A stretch of 64,000 nucleotides of DNA from Microcoleus sp. (GCA_042408215.1 JAYFMW010000020.1:160001-224000); one strand, 5' to 3'. Shown: positions 10,413-21,024, counted from the stretch's first letter. Translations and numbers: made by a program. Notes: generated from the sequence alone by a model not told the origin.

Positions 10413-11303
10413 TTATGTTTTAGCTATGAAATCTAAAATGTGCTGTGCGGTAATCTGCGGTTTTTCTAAGTGGGGAACGTGCCCGCAATCGGGGAGCCAA
10501 ATTAGTTGGGAATTCGCGATCGCACTTTCAAACTTTGCCGCATCTGCTATCCCCAAAATTCGGTCTTGTTTCCCCCACAAAATCAGCGTTTGCTGCTGAA
10601 TCTGCGACAGTTTTTCCCCAAAACCTCTATAACCCCCGCTTTTGGTAAAGGCAATTAAAGCTTGATTCCAATTGGGCATTTCCAAATGCAGGGCGGCGCA
10701 AGTTTGTGCATCTACAGAAGCCAAAGTTTCATCGAAATAAGCATTAACGCTAATTTTTTGGCGAATTTTAGGGTTTCGCAAAAATGAAGTGGCCAAATAT
10801 CCTAAAGGAGGAATTAAAAATTTCCCTTTATTAGAAGTGATGGCAAAACCTGCACTGTCTATTAAGACCAATTTTTTGACAGATTCGGGATGATTGAGAG
10901 TGAAATCAATTGCTGCTGCACCTCCCATTGACGCACCAATTAATATTACAGGCTGCGAAATTAGCGTTTTCCAAAAATAGTAGAGATGACTGCCAATTGC
11001 TGTGGCGCTGAATGGGAAACCTGCCACTCTTTCTGTAAAGCCAAAACCTAGTAAATCCACCGCCCAAGTTTCATTTTTTTCTGCTAGCAGCGGCAACAAA
11101 CGGCGGAATTCAAACACCGAACTGTCGAAGCCGTGAATTAGCAAAATAGGCGTGTTTCCGCTACCTTGATGCACGTAGGTTGTGGCAATTGGTCCAGAAG
11201 TTAGGGGAGTTGTAATTGCCTCCCGTTGAATGCTTTCGGCTAAAGCTATTGATGTGGATTCTGTTAGTTGTGCGATGGATTTTGGCAGAAAACTTGCTGG
11301 CAT
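10413..11303 (-). CDS. Alpha/beta hydrolase
   Basis: HGFDSS, GASMGG nucleophile elbow, GHVPHLE. Confidence 0.92.
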   Translation of the reverse strand: MPASFLPKSIAQLTESTSIALAESIQREAITTPLTSGPIATTYVHQGSGNTPILLIHGFDSSVFEFRRLLPLLAEKNETWAVDLLGFGFTERVAGFPFSATAIGSHLYYFWKTLISQPVILIGASMGGAAAIDFTLNHPESVKKLVLIDSAGFAITSNKGKFLIPPLGYLATSFLRNPKIRQKISVNAYFDETLASVDAQTCAALHLEMPNWNQALIAFTKSGGYRGFGEKLSQIQQQTLILWGKQDRILGIADAAKFESAIANSQLIWLPDCGHVPHLEKPQITAQHILDFIAKT

Positions 11304-11474
11304 AATTCTTGATCTGTTAATCGGTACGGGGGGAGCGGCTTAAGTATCTATGCTCGATCGCTATTTTAGGGCTTCGGGCGATCGCGCCATGAAAATTCGA
11401 TCGCAATTTAGAATTATTCTGCCCGCAACACGGCTGCTTGGCGGCTGAGCTTGTTTGATTCTACTAAATTTATT

Positions 11475-11489
11475 TGAGAACTATTGCTA
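11475..11489. promoter_or_regulatory. Fur-type 7-1-7 box upstream of the feo operon
   Basis: TGAGAAC-T-ATTGCTA within TTTATT...AATAAA; resembles TGATAATnATTATCA. Confidence 0.5.
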
Positions 11490-11713
11490 ATAAACAGTTT
11501 TTCATATAACATGATTCAAAGCAGCAATTGTGACACATAGGCGATTTGACCGCAGATCTGCATCTAACTCCAGAGAGATTTCAGCTCTCTCGAACCCGGA
11601 AAATCAGTCTAATTACGGGGTTTGGGGAATATCTGTGCCCAAAATATCCAAGGGCCAAGGAAAATGTCAAAATCCCTAATTTTGGGTTTCCAGTGGTCGC
11701 GGGTCGAGTATAT

Positions 11714-11728
11714 TGAGAATAGATGTCA
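11714..11728. promoter_or_regulatory. Second Fur-type box upstream of feoA
   Basis: TGAGAAT-A-GATGTCA about 60 bp before the probable ATG at 11787. Confidence 0.45.
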
Positions 11729-11786
11729 AGTTGCCAGTGCCAGTCAGACCAAACAACTTGTTGCTAAAACCGATATCAGAAAGGCC

Positions 11787-12167
11787 ATGAAACAAAACAG
11801 AGAAGACTACAGCGAACAATACCAAGAGTCAAACCCCAGACAGTTCGGGGGTTTTGCCTTTTACGGCGAGACGCCAGAAGTCTCTGGAACCGAGGACAGC
11901 AGCACAGAAACTCAGCCTGCGGTGGCGGGCGGTAAATCACTCCCCCTAGCAATGGCCAGCGTCGGCGAGAAATTGCGGATTGTCAAACTCAAAGGTTCAG
12001 AGGGCACGGTGCGCCGCCTCATCGGCCTGGGATTGGTCCCCAGCATCGAAGTTCAAATCGTCAGCACCTCTGGCGGTTCTGTAATTGTGGCAATTGGGGA
12101 CAACCGCATTGGTTTGGGGGCGGGTATGGCACAGAAAATTATGTGTACGAATTCAAAATTTCCATAA
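11787..12167 (+). CDS. feoA: FeoA family protein with N-terminal extension
   Basis: RRLIGLGLVP..., RIGLGAGMAQKI; ATG 11787 preferred to TTG 11622. Confidence 0.85.
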   Translation: MKQNREDYSEQYQESNPRQFGGFAFYGETPEVSGTEDSSTETQPAVAGGKSLPLAMASVGEKLRIVKLKGSEGTVRRLIGLGLVPSIEVQIVSTSGGSVIVAIGDNRIGLGAGMAQKIMCTNSKFP

Positions 12168-12340
12168 AAAAATTGCATCTACAGCAATCCTATTTCATTG
12201 GTGAAAAAGATTTTTTTTATTAACCGCAGAGGGCGCAGAGGGCGCAGAGGAAGAGTAAAGAGAGATGTTCGCACATTTTGAAAGGGTTGCTAGATTCAGG
12301 AGTTTAATTTGTTCACATTTAGACTTTATTACAACAACTG

Positions 12341-12583
12341 ATGAACGAGAGAAAACAATTAGGGGATTTGGCTGTAGGCGCTATCGGTCGCGTCGTTGGT
12401 TATGAGAAAACAGCCAGAGGTTATAAGGGCAAATTGTTGGCAATGGGGCTGACACCGGGAACTGAATTTACCGTCATCAGGCTGGCACCTTTAGGAGATC
12501 CCGTAGAAATCCTCGTGCGGGGTTTTAAACTCAGTTTGCGTAAAGATGAAGCTAAAACTCTATTTGTAGAAGAGGTTAAATAA
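12341..12583 (+). CDS. feoA: FeoA ferrous iron transport protein A
   Basis: LLAMGLTPG...APLGDPVEI..RGFKLSLRK. Confidence 0.95.
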   Translation: MNERKQLGDLAVGAIGRVVGYEKTARGYKGKLLAMGLTPGTEFTVIRLAPLGDPVEILVRGFKLSLRKDEAKTLFVEEVK

Positions 12584-14925
12584 TGGCTAAGCAAATTATT
12601 GGATTGGTGGGTAATCCTAACTGTGGCAAAACTACCTTATTTAATGCTCTTACAGGGGCTAACCAACGAGTAGGTAATTGGCCGGGAGTAACAGTGGAAC
12701 GCAAAGAGGGAAAATATACTCACGATGGTTTAGCAATTACGATTGTTGACTTACCGGGAGTTTATTCTCTTGATGCGGAAGATGGAGACACGGGTTTAGA
12801 TGAATTGGTGGCGCGAGATTATTTGTTATCTGGTGAAGCTGATGTGATTATTAATATTGTTGATGCTTCCAATTTAGAGCGCAATTTGTATCTCAATACC
12901 CAAATTTTGGAGATGCGCGTACCGACAATTTTGGCGCTGAATATGATGGATGTTGCCAAAGAACGGGATTTCCGAATTAATGTTAGCAAACTTGCAGAAC
13001 GTCTCGGCTGTACGGTGGTGCCGATGAGTGCTTCTTCAAATGATGGAGTGCCACTCTTGCGGGATGCTATTAATCGGGCGTTGTCTCAGCCGATCGTACC
13101 ATCTGCCTATGTCGCTTATCCGGCTGCGATCGAAGATGCGATCGCCCAATTAATACCACACATCGAAAAACACAGTCCAAATCGCACCGTAGATGCCCGC
13201 TGGACAGCCCTGAAACTCTTAGAATATCAGGATGAAGTCGCCCCGGAACTCGCCAATACAGAATTAGAAAAAATAGTAGTCCCGCACCGCCGTCGAGTCC
13301 ACGAAACCCTCGACGACGACCTCGATATTATCATCGCCGACAGTCGCTATACCTTCATCCGCAACTTAACCCAAGGTGTCGCCGAATGTTCTAGGGAAGT
13401 CAAAACCAATGTTTCCGACAAAATCGACCAAATTGTTCTCAACCGTTTCTTAGGCATTCCCGTATTCTTAGCGGTAATGTACCTAATGTTTACCATTTCG
13501 ATTAACGTTGGTGCAGTGTTTATCGACTTCTTTGATATCACATTGGGGACAATTTTTGTGGATGGTTTCGGTAAACTTTTAGCAAGCATCAGTACGCCAG
13601 GATGGTTGATTGGACTGCTAGCAAAAGGTGCTGGTGGCGGCATTCAAACCACATCTACATTTATCCCCCAAATTGGGATGATGTTCTTATGTTTGTCTGT
13701 TTTAGAAGACTCGGGCTACATGGCGCGGGCGGCCTTCGTGATGGACAGATTAATGCGATTTGTCGGACTTCCCGGTAAATCTTTTGTGCCGATGATGGTG
13801 GGTTTCGGCTGCAACATCCCCGGAATTATGGCGACGCGGACATTAGAAAATAAGCGCGATCGCACGATGACAATTATGATGAATCCATTCATGTCTTGTA
13901 GCGCCAGATTAGCAGTTTACGCCCTATTTTGTGGCGCATTCTTCCAAGTCGGCGGTCAAAACATGGTATTAGGACTTTACCTAATAGGAATTATAGCGGC
14001 AGTTTTCACCGGACTAATCTTAAAAAATACCCTTTTGCAAGGAGAAGCCGCGCCTTTTGTGATGGAACTCCCACCCTACCACATTCCCAAACTCAAAGGA
14101 GTGCTGCTGCGTACTTGGGATAGACTGAAAGCTTTTATTACAAAAGCCGGAATTGCGATCGTCATCATGGTGATTGTACTAGGATTTATGAACTCCGTCG
14201 GCACCGACGGTTCCTTCGGCCAAGAAAACACCAAAGACTCAATTCTTAGCGCAGTCGGCCGCACAGTAACACCAGTATTTACACCAATGGGAATCACCCA
14301 AGAAAACTGGCCAGCCACCGTCGGTTTACTAACAGGAGTATTTGCCAAAGAAGTAATGGTTGGAACCTTAGACTCTCTATACACCCAACTAGCCGACGAA
14401 CAACAAGCAGCAGCAGGCGCAGCACCTGAGAAAGAAGAAGAATTTAGTTTCTGGGGAAATATCGGCAAAGCATTTTTCAGCATACCAGAGAATATAACAA
14501 AACTGCCCGGTCAACTTTTCGATCCCCTCGGCTTCAGTTCTGCCAATATTACCGACCAAAAACAAGCAGAAGAAGATCAAGGTATCTCTGGTAGCACCTA
14601 CGGACAAATGTCCCAACGGTTCGGTTCCAATGCAGCCGCTTTTGCCTATTTGCTGTTTGTATTACTGTACTTTCCCTGCGTCTCCGCAACGGCCGCCCTT
14701 TACCGCGAAACTAACTTAGGCTGGACAATATTCGCAGGTTCCTGGACTACTGGTATCGCCTATTTCACAGCAGTTGGATACTATCAAATCGCCACATTCT
14801 CAGAGCATCCAGACTCATCTCTGGTTTGCATTGTCAGACTAATCATAGCTATGAGTCTGACTCTTGTGGGATTAAAAATGGCTGGTGCAAAACGACCAAA
14901 GCGGCGCGAAGCAATCAGTAGTTAG
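12583..14925 (+). CDS. feoB: Ferrous iron transporter FeoB
   Basis: GNPNCGKT, NWPGVTVE, DLPG and NMMD GTPase motifs followed by a polytopic membrane domain. Confidence 0.98.
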   Translation: MAKQIIGLVGNPNCGKTTLFNALTGANQRVGNWPGVTVERKEGKYTHDGLAITIVDLPGVYSLDAEDGDTGLDELVARDYLLSGEADVIINIVDASNLERNLYLNTQILEMRVPTILALNMMDVAKERDFRINVSKLAERLGCTVVPMSASSNDGVPLLRDAINRALSQPIVPSAYVAYPAAIEDAIAQLIPHIEKHSPNRTVDARWTALKLLEYQDEVAPELANTELEKIVVPHRRRVHETLDDDLDIIIADSRYTFIRNLTQGVAECSREVKTNVSDKIDQIVLNRFLGIPVFLAVMYLMFTISINVGAVFIDFFDITLGTIFVDGFGKLLASISTPGWLIGLLAKGAGGGIQTTSTFIPQIGMMFLCLSVLEDSGYMARAAFVMDRLMRFVGLPGKSFVPMMVGFGCNIPGIMATRTLENKRDRTMTIMMNPFMSCSARLAVYALFCGAFFQVGGQNMVLGLYLIGIIAAVFTGLILKNTLLQGEAAPFVMELPPYHIPKLKGVLLRTWDRLKAFITKAGIAIVIMVIVLGFMNSVGTDGSFGQENTKDSILSAVGRTVTPVFTPMGITQENWPATVGLLTGVFAKEVMVGTLDSLYTQLADEQQAAAGAAPEKEEEFSFWGNIGKAFFSIPENITKLPGQLFDPLGFSSANITDQKQAEEDQGISGSTYGQMSQRFGSNAAAFAYLLFVLLYFPCVSATAALYRETNLGWTIFAGSWTTGIAYFTAVGYYQIATFSEHPDSSLVCIVRLIIAMSLTLVGLKMAGAKRPKRREAISS

Positions 14926-15028
14926 TCATTAGTCATTAGTCATTAGTCATTAGTCATTAGTCATCAGCCAACAGCCAACAGTCATAAGTGTTCATCTGCG
15001 TTTAAGAATCAAACAAAGGAGAAAAGCC

Positions 15029-15295
15029 ATGATTTTAAGCGACATCCAAAAATTTATTGCTGACAACAAAAGAGCCTCCATCGCCGATCTAAAAATCCAC
15101 TTTCGCATGGATGGCGACGCCTTGCGCGGAATTCTCAACCGCCTAATTCGCAAAGGCCGAATCAGTAAAATGGAAGAAGCCAAAAAGTGCGGAGGATGTC
15201 ACAGTTGCGGAGACGATGCAACCGAGATTTATGTATGGGTAAATCCAGGCGAGTCGGTGTCAGCAAAAGAGCAGGTTTCTTCAACTTGTCATTAA
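15029..15295 (+). CDS. feoC: FeoC-like winged-helix Fe-S protein, copy 1
   Basis: wHTH-like N-terminus, CGGCHSC motif, directly after feoB. Confidence 0.85.
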   Translation: MILSDIQKFIADNKRASIADLKIHFRMDGDALRGILNRLIRKGRISKMEEAKKCGGCHSCGDDATEIYVWVNPGESVSAKEQVSSTCH

Positions 15296-15538
15296 GTGAG
15301 GACAAACGTCCGCCAGGGAATTCATTCCCTGGCTAATAGCTAATTCCTCTAAAGAGGACTAATGAGTTGAAAAGCCACCCCTTTATCATTCGGCGGTTGA
15401 AACCGCTTCTACACAAACAAAGTCCACCGACGCGGACTAAGAAATAAAAATTATACAATTTGGTATATCATTTTAGTCAACATCTAAATACCTGTTCAAT
15501 GATTGCGATCATTCTAAAATCTCAACAGGATGCTGATT

Positions 15539-15781
15539 ATGACTGCAACTTCTCCTCTCAAAGGCGATCGGAACATCCTTTAGCTAAGGCAATTGTCGCC
15601 CAAGCAGAAGAACAGGGGATTGAGTTAGAAACTCCTGAAATTTTTACTGCTTATCCGGGTAAATGGATTAGCGGAAAGTTTGGCAATAACCTTTATTTTG
15701 TGGGCAATCGGCGGTTATTTGTAGACCAAAATATTGCACTTTCAGAATCAACATTATCTCTTTTAGATGACATTGAAAAGT
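15539..15781 (+). pseudogene. Internally deleted remnant of the heavy-metal P1B-ATPase
   Basis: 15539-15562 matches 21028-21051 and 15563-15781 matches 22442-22660; the join is out of frame. Confidence 0.9.
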
Positions 15782-15932
15782 GGTGTCAACTTATAATCTG
15801 GCGATGGTTATATCTCTCGTGAGGAAGATTGATTATTTTGGGGTAGGGAAACGGCATTGCCTTGTCCTCTAATTAAACTTAAAAATTCAAAAATATAGAT
15901 GCACTAACTGATATTAAATTCAAACAAGTGTC

Positions 15933-17927
15933 TTAACTCTGGCAAAGACAAGCGCCTTCTTTAATGGGAGCTTTAACAGGTAAATAAATCACAAACTCTG
16001 CTCCCTCACCTAGTTCCGAAGTCACTTCGATTTTCCCCTGATGCTTCTCGATAATCTGGTAAGAAATCGACAACCCTAAACCAGTCCCTTTACCCACAGG
16101 TTTAGTCGTAAAAAATGGGTCAAATAACCGATGAATCGCATCAGGGTCAATCCCATTACCGTTATCTCTAATCCTCACCACCACTTGATTTACTCCTACC
16201 ATTTCTGTGATAATTTTAATCTCCTTGTTTCGCAGATTTGGAGCGCTCAGCAGTGCATCAGCAGCATTAGCCATGATATTCATAAATACCTGGTTTAACT
16301 GCGATGGATAGCATTCTAATAATGGCAATTTTCCATAATTTTTAATTACTTTAATCGCTGTTTTCATTTGGCTGTTTAAAATTAACAGAGTGCTGTCAAT
16401 TCCTTCGTGGATATCGACTGGTTTCATTTCCGCTTCATCCAACCTAGAGAAGTTCCGCAGCGATAAAACAATTTGCTGAATTCGCTCAGTTCCCATTTTC
16501 ATAGAAGATAGCAACTTCGACAAATCTTCTGATAAAAAGTCGAGTTCAATTTCTTCTATGTAGTCTTGAATCTGGGCTGTTGTATTCGGATATTCCTGCT
16601 GGTAAAGTCCGATAAGTCTGAGCAAATCTGTGGTGTATTGATTGGCGTGACAGAGGTTGCCATAAATAAAGTTAACTGGGTTGTTAATTTCGTGAGCAAT
16701 ACCAGCCACCATCAATCCCAAGCTGGACATTTTTTCGGCTTGAATTAGTTGAGATTGGGCATTTTTTAAATCGTGAAGCGTTTGTTGCAGTTGGTGCAAT
16801 TGTAGGTTGAGTGTACGATCGCGCTTTTCTACTTGTTCTATCATAAAGTTGAAAGCTTCAGCAAGTTGACCTAATTCATAGCCGGAAGGAATGGGTACTT
16901 TACCAGAAAAGTATTCATTGCTTGCCATCCAATTCACATTTTGAGTTAAATCAAGGATTGGTTTTCCGATGATTCGGCTAACTATACCACCAACAATAGT
17001 GGCTATAATTACTCCTGCCCAAAAGAAACTATCGAGCCTGTTAGATAAAGTTAATTGCGTCTGCTGCATTGTCGCCATTGGGCTAAACACGGCTAGGTTT
17101 ATACTGTCGCCTATGTCCGACATTTCTACCGTTTTCATTATGTAAGATTGGCGCTCAATATCGATTTTAGTAGTCGAGGTCTGTTGTTCAGGTGCGTGCC
17201 AAGATTTCGAGCGGATTTCGGGAAAATTAGTGGCAATTAATTCGCCGGATTTGAAGATGGCAAAGTAATTCACATTGTTAGTATCAATGCTGATTTGCTG
17301 CAATTGTTCGTCTGTCACTAAATAACCCATTAGTACAGCACCAATTATCCTATTATTGCTTCTAATCGGTGCAAATCCTACTAGCAATGCTTGTGGTTTG
17401 CCGTCAATGCTGACAAAATTTGATTTTTCTAAGCCTTTGAGTGCTGAATTTATCGCTGCGCTATTGCTCAAGTTTTTGCCTGTGAGCCACTCTTCTCGCA
17501 ACTCTGCTACTATGTCGCCGCGCGCGTCTACTACTTTGACTAAATCTAGTTTGAAAGTGGTTTGTAGAGATAATATATCTTGACGCAAGATGTCTGTGTC
17601 TTTTTGTTGTAAAGCCCGAATAACTTCTGGTGATTCTGATAACAATTTGGCTTGCTTTGTCAATTGAGTCGATCGACTTTTGAAGTCTCGCAGGGCTAAA
17701 GCTGCTTGGTTTTCAACTTGATCGCGCACTCCTTTCTCGAGAGTGTTGGCAAATCCGATTTTGACTGTGTGTATCACTAATAACAATAGAGTGACGGATA
17801 CACTTAGAAACGGCACGATAATTTTGAGGCTCAGCGGTACTCGAAAACGGCTGACTTTTGATTGAGCTGTTGTTGCGTTCGTAGGCGCAAGGCGGGGCGT
17901 AGCCATCGCACTTTTTAAATTTTTCAC
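15933..17927 (-). CDS. Membrane sensor histidine kinase (Cache-like, HAMP, HisKA, HATPase)
   Basis: Two TM segments, AHEINNP H-box, N-box, DNGNG, FFTTK and GTGLGL. Confidence 0.93.
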   Translation of the reverse strand: MKNLKSAMATPRLAPTNATTAQSKVSRFRVPLSLKIIVPFLSVSVTLLLLVIHTVKIGFANTLEKGVRDQVENQAALALRDFKSRSTQLTKQAKLLSESPEVIRALQQKDTDILRQDILSLQTTFKLDLVKVVDARGDIVAELREEWLTGKNLSNSAAINSALKGLEKSNFVSIDGKPQALLVGFAPIRSNNRIIGAVLMGYLVTDEQLQQISIDTNNVNYFAIFKSGELIATNFPEIRSKSWHAPEQQTSTTKIDIERQSYIMKTVEMSDIGDSINLAVFSPMATMQQTQLTLSNRLDSFFWAGVIIATIVGGIVSRIIGKPILDLTQNVNWMASNEYFSGKVPIPSGYELGQLAEAFNFMIEQVEKRDRTLNLQLHQLQQTLHDLKNAQSQLIQAEKMSSLGLMVAGIAHEINNPVNFIYGNLCHANQYTTDLLRLIGLYQQEYPNTTAQIQDYIEEIELDFLSEDLSKLLSSMKMGTERIQQIVLSLRNFSRLDEAEMKPVDIHEGIDSTLLILNSQMKTAIKVIKNYGKLPLLECYPSQLNQVFMNIMANAADALLSAPNLRNKEIKIITEMVGVNQVVVRIRDNGNGIDPDAIHRLFDPFFTTKPVGKGTGLGLSISYQIIEKHQGKIEVTSELGEGAEFVIYLPVKAPIKEGACLCQS

Positions 17928-17937
17928 AATTAGTTAT

Positions 17938-17952
17938 TGAAAATAAGACTCA
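17938..17952. promoter_or_regulatory. Possible Fur-type box just upstream of the kinase
   Basis: TGAAAAT-A-AGACTCA. Confidence 0.35.
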
Positions 17953-18127
17953 TTAATCTATGATAATACATCAACCATAAATTTTCATGGCGGGGAGATG
18001 CTAGTGCTGCAAATCCTTAATATATAAAGAGTTGACAGGATAGTAATTTTTTGCAGCATGGCGAGTAGACTGCTTTTAGCACCCCAAAACTTGTTAATTA
18101 TTTAGATCAATAGTGGCGCTCTAGAAT

Positions 18128-18868
18128 CTAGAACTTCAAATCTAAAATCGGTTGGCGGCTGTGTATGGATAGCCAAAAATTCAGTATTTCTTCCCCAACT
18201 TGTTCTGGATAGAAGTGATGGAAAAAATGCCTACCGTCTTTACATTCCCAAAGCCGATCGCCTTTTTTCAGCAACTTCAGCCAGCGGCGCATCAGAATAG
18301 GAGATACTACAAAGTCTGTCTTGCTACTGCATAATAACAAAGGTACTTCGACACCCTCATCGGATAAATTGCTCATACTAAATAATGAATGAGGAGAAGG
18401 CGAAATTGCTAAATCCTCTTCAAAATATGATACAAATCTTGGATTGATATACTGATTTTGTTCTCCCAACATATCGCAAACCATTTGACTTAAAATTTGT
18501 TCGCGACTCCAAGTAAAAGCCGAAAGATGTGTATAGTAATGAGCTTGCCAATTAATATTAGATGGCAAGCCGACAGCTAAGAGTCCCAAAGAGCTTACTT
18601 TGTGAGGATAGCGGCGGGCATACATTAAACCAATTAGTCCGCTGGTACTGTGACCAATTAGATGAATTGGGCGATCGCGCAATTTTAAATAATGATGTAG
18701 TAGCTCAACAGCGACATCTAAAGAACAACCTTCATCTTCAGTTTGTTCGTATTCCCATATTTGGATTGGTATTGACTGATTTAAGTAGTTAAGGAGAGAG
18801 CGATCGAATAATTGCAAACTTGGACTGGCACTTAGCCATAGCACATCCTCTGAAGTAGATCTCATCAA
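18128..18868 (-). CDS. Alpha/beta-hydrolase-fold protein downstream of flavodoxin (IsiC/Sll0249-like)
   Basis: GHSTSG elbow, GRHFFH; position after isiB. Confidence 0.75.
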   Translation of the reverse strand: MMRSTSEDVLWLSASPSLQLFDRSLLNYLNQSIPIQIWEYEQTEDEGCSLDVAVELLHHYLKLRDRPIHLIGHSTSGLIGLMYARRYPHKVSSLGLLAVGLPSNINWQAHYYTHLSAFTWSREQILSQMVCDMLGEQNQYINPRFVSYFEEDLAISPSPHSLFSMSNLSDEGVEVPLLLCSSKTDFVVSPILMRRWLKLLKKGDRLWECKDGRHFFHHFYPEQVGEEILNFWLSIHSRQPILDLKF

Positions 18869-18939
18869 TTTTAAGTGGGAAATAAAGTTATTCAGAATTT
18901 ATATTGTGGGGCGGGCTAGAAACCCGCCCACCATTAATC

Positions 18940-19452
18940 TTAGAGCCCAAATTCTTTCTTGAGTTGAGAAACCCAAGATTTGACCCGCGCTTCCGTCATC
19001 TCAGATTGGTTGTCTTCATCGATCGCCAGACCCAAGAATTTGCCATTAACCACAGCCTTAGATTCACTAAAATCATAGCCTTCTACCGGCCAATAGCCAA
19101 CAGTTTCACCGCCCTTTTCCGTGATTTTTTCAGCCAAAATCCCCATTGCATCCATAAAATTATCCGGGTAGCCTTCTTGGTCGCCCGTTCCCAAATAAGC
19201 TACTTTTTTGCCACTAAAATCAATATTTTCGATTTCTGGGAAAAAGCCTTCCCAGTCACTTTGCAGTTCACCAATATTCCAAGTAGGACAGGCGATAATC
19301 AAACATTCGTATTCAGCAAAATCATCACTGTCAGCGCCGCCGATATCGTGCAAAGTTACAATGCTACCGCCAAATTCATCCCGAATCATGTCAGCGACAG
19401 ACTCAGTTTTGCCAGTTGTGGTTCCGTAAAAAAGACCAAGAGATTTAGACAT
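18940..19452 (-). CDS. isiB: Long-chain flavodoxin
   Basis: GTTTGKT FMN loop, PTWNIGELQSDW, GDQ.GY..NF.DA, GLAIDEDNQ. Confidence 0.95.
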   Translation of the reverse strand: MSKSLGLFYGTTTGKTESVADMIRDEFGGSIVTLHDIGGADSDDFAEYECLIIACPTWNIGELQSDWEGFFPEIENIDFSGKKVAYLGTGDQEGYPDNFMDAMGILAEKITEKGGETVGYWPVEGYDFSESKAVVNGKFLGLAIDEDNQSEMTEARVKSWVSQLKKEFGL

Positions 19453-19614
19453 TGTTACTCCGAAGGTGAAAGTTGACAGGGTTTGAGATTAATTTTTTTT
19501 GAATCAAGACTTGGCATTTCCAGCCGGCAATTCATACAAAAACAGTAGACGCGATTGTGGCGAACCTGAGAAATCAGGGAATCAAGACAGCAAGGGCACT
19601 GTTTTTTCATCTGC

Positions 19615-19947
19615 TTAAAATTGAAAATTCATTAACCAAGCTGACTCGCTCATATCGGGGTCTGCTTCGGAGTTAATGAGTAAAAGATTCAGCGTCGTTT
19701 CTGCTTTTAGAGTGCGCGGAATACCAGCGGGAATAAACACAAATACTCCCGGTTGTAAAGTAACTGTCCGATCGCCCACAGCCAGATTTCCCAGCCCTTC
19801 TAAGACGGCGATGGTTACATCTTGAGAATGATCGAGGTCGGGTATTTCTGAATTTGTACCCAAACCGATCAGTTTTTGGCTGTACGGGGCTTGTGTGTCG
19901 CAGGCGCGATCGGCAAACAAGGACACCATTGCTGCTGTTGCTGTCAC
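19615..19947 (-). CDS. Small cupin-like protein, possibly degenerate
   Basis: DHSQ...VLEG.G.L.VG...LQPGVFVFIPAG cupin pattern; second His replaced. Confidence 0.6.
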   Translation of the reverse strand: MTATAAMVSLFADRACDTQAPYSQKLIGLGTNSEIPDLDHSQDVTIAVLEGLGNLAVGDRTVTLQPGVFVFIPAGIPRTLKAETTLNLLLINSEADPDMSESAWLMNFQF

Positions 19948-19981
19948 GGTGATTGACCTCCAGGTACTGTTAACTTCCGGT

Positions 19982-20008
19982 ACTTATTGCAATTAATAAT
20001 CAATAAGT
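19982..20008. promoter_or_regulatory. Palindromic Fur-type operator upstream of the cupin-isiB operon
   Basis: ACTTATTG-CAATTAATAAT-CAATAAGT with perfect 8-bp arms. Confidence 0.6.
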
Positions 20009-20189
20009 TACCATATAATTTAGCTAAATTGTCAAAAGCATAACATTAAGTTTTGTTACAATCAGCTATGTATCTGGGTTTACAAGCAGCGATTGCAGCC
20101 CAGACTTGATGCGGGTGGTAATTTTCGATAAAAAAATTACGGTGGGGGCGATCGTGCCCACCGCAGAATACTTGCTAAGAATTTTCAGT

Positions 20190-20306
20190 TATAGCAGTCG
20201 CGAAGGCGCTTTGGTTATCGTTCCCTGAGCGGAGTCGAAGGGCAGGATAAACGCAGTCGAAGGGTTTAATGACCATAATGCCTTAACAGCCTTGGCGGTT
20301 GCTATA
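20190..20306. mobile_element. MITE, IS630-like with TA ends
   Basis: TATAGCAGTCGCGAAGGC ... GCCTTGGCGGTTGCTATA imperfect terminal inverted repeats. Confidence 0.6.
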
Positions 20307-20470
20307 TTTCTAAAAAATGTTATTAGTTATTGGTTATTGGCAGCAGCTAAAAAACAACAAGTAACCAATAATATCAAATCCATTGGTATCAGAATTCTTC
20401 ATTTCTCTCTTCTCTGACTCTGCGCCCTCTGTGCCCTCTGCGGTTAAAAATAAAACAAAGGAGAAAAGCC

Positions 20471-20737
20471 ATGATTTTAAGCGACATCCAAAAATTTATT
20501 GCTGACAACAAAAGAGCCTCCATCGCCGATCTAAAAATCCACTTACCCATGGATGGCGACGCCTTGCGCGGAATGCTAAACCGCCTAATTCGCAAAGGCC
20601 GAATCAGTAAAATGGAAGAAGCCAAAAAGTGCGGCGGATGTCACAGTTGCGGAGACGATGCAACCGAGATTTATGTATGGGTAAATCCAGGCGAGTCGGT
20701 GTCAGCAAAAGAGCAGGTTTCTTCAACTTGCCATTAA
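20471..20737 (+). CDS. feoC: FeoC-like protein, copy 2
   Basis: Near-identical to 15029-15295; three amino-acid differences (FR->LP, I->M). Confidence 0.85.
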   Translation: MILSDIQKFIADNKRASIADLKIHLPMDGDALRGMLNRLIRKGRISKMEEAKKCGGCHSCGDDATEIYVWVNPGESVSAKEQVSSTCH

Positions 20738-20741
20738 ATGA

Positions 20742-20930
20742 TAAGTAAGCCCACCTCAAAAACAGAATACTAATCAAACCCGGAGATCCCCCCTAACCCC
20801 CCTTAATAAGGGGGGACAAGATTATTCTCAAAGTCCCCCTTCTTAAGGGGGATTTAGGGGGATCTAGACTCGACTAAAAGCGACATTTATTATGGGCTTC
20901 AGTCTTAGTTGTCACCAATGGGCTTACTTA
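20742..20930. mobile_element. MITE carrying CCCCC/GGGGG hairpins
   Basis: Perfect 12-bp TIR TAAGTAAGCCCA / TGGGCTTACTTA. Confidence 0.6.
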
Positions 20931-20964
20931 ACAACTTTAGTGAAATTAGTATATGATTTTATTA

Positions 20965-20989
20965 AACATCTGAAGATATGTTCAGTAAT
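20965..20989. promoter_or_regulatory. SmtB/ZiaR-type (ArsR family) operator
   Basis: AACATCTGAAGATATGTTCAG with CTGAA..TTCAG inverted core upstream of a P1B-ATPase. Confidence 0.65.
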
Positions 20990-21024
20990 AGTGATAATCA
21001 TTCTAAAATCTCAAAAGGATACTG

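Noticed and set aside
15460..15822. 120-aa CDS from the ORF track
   Set aside because: Promoter DNA fused to a deleted ATPase fragment
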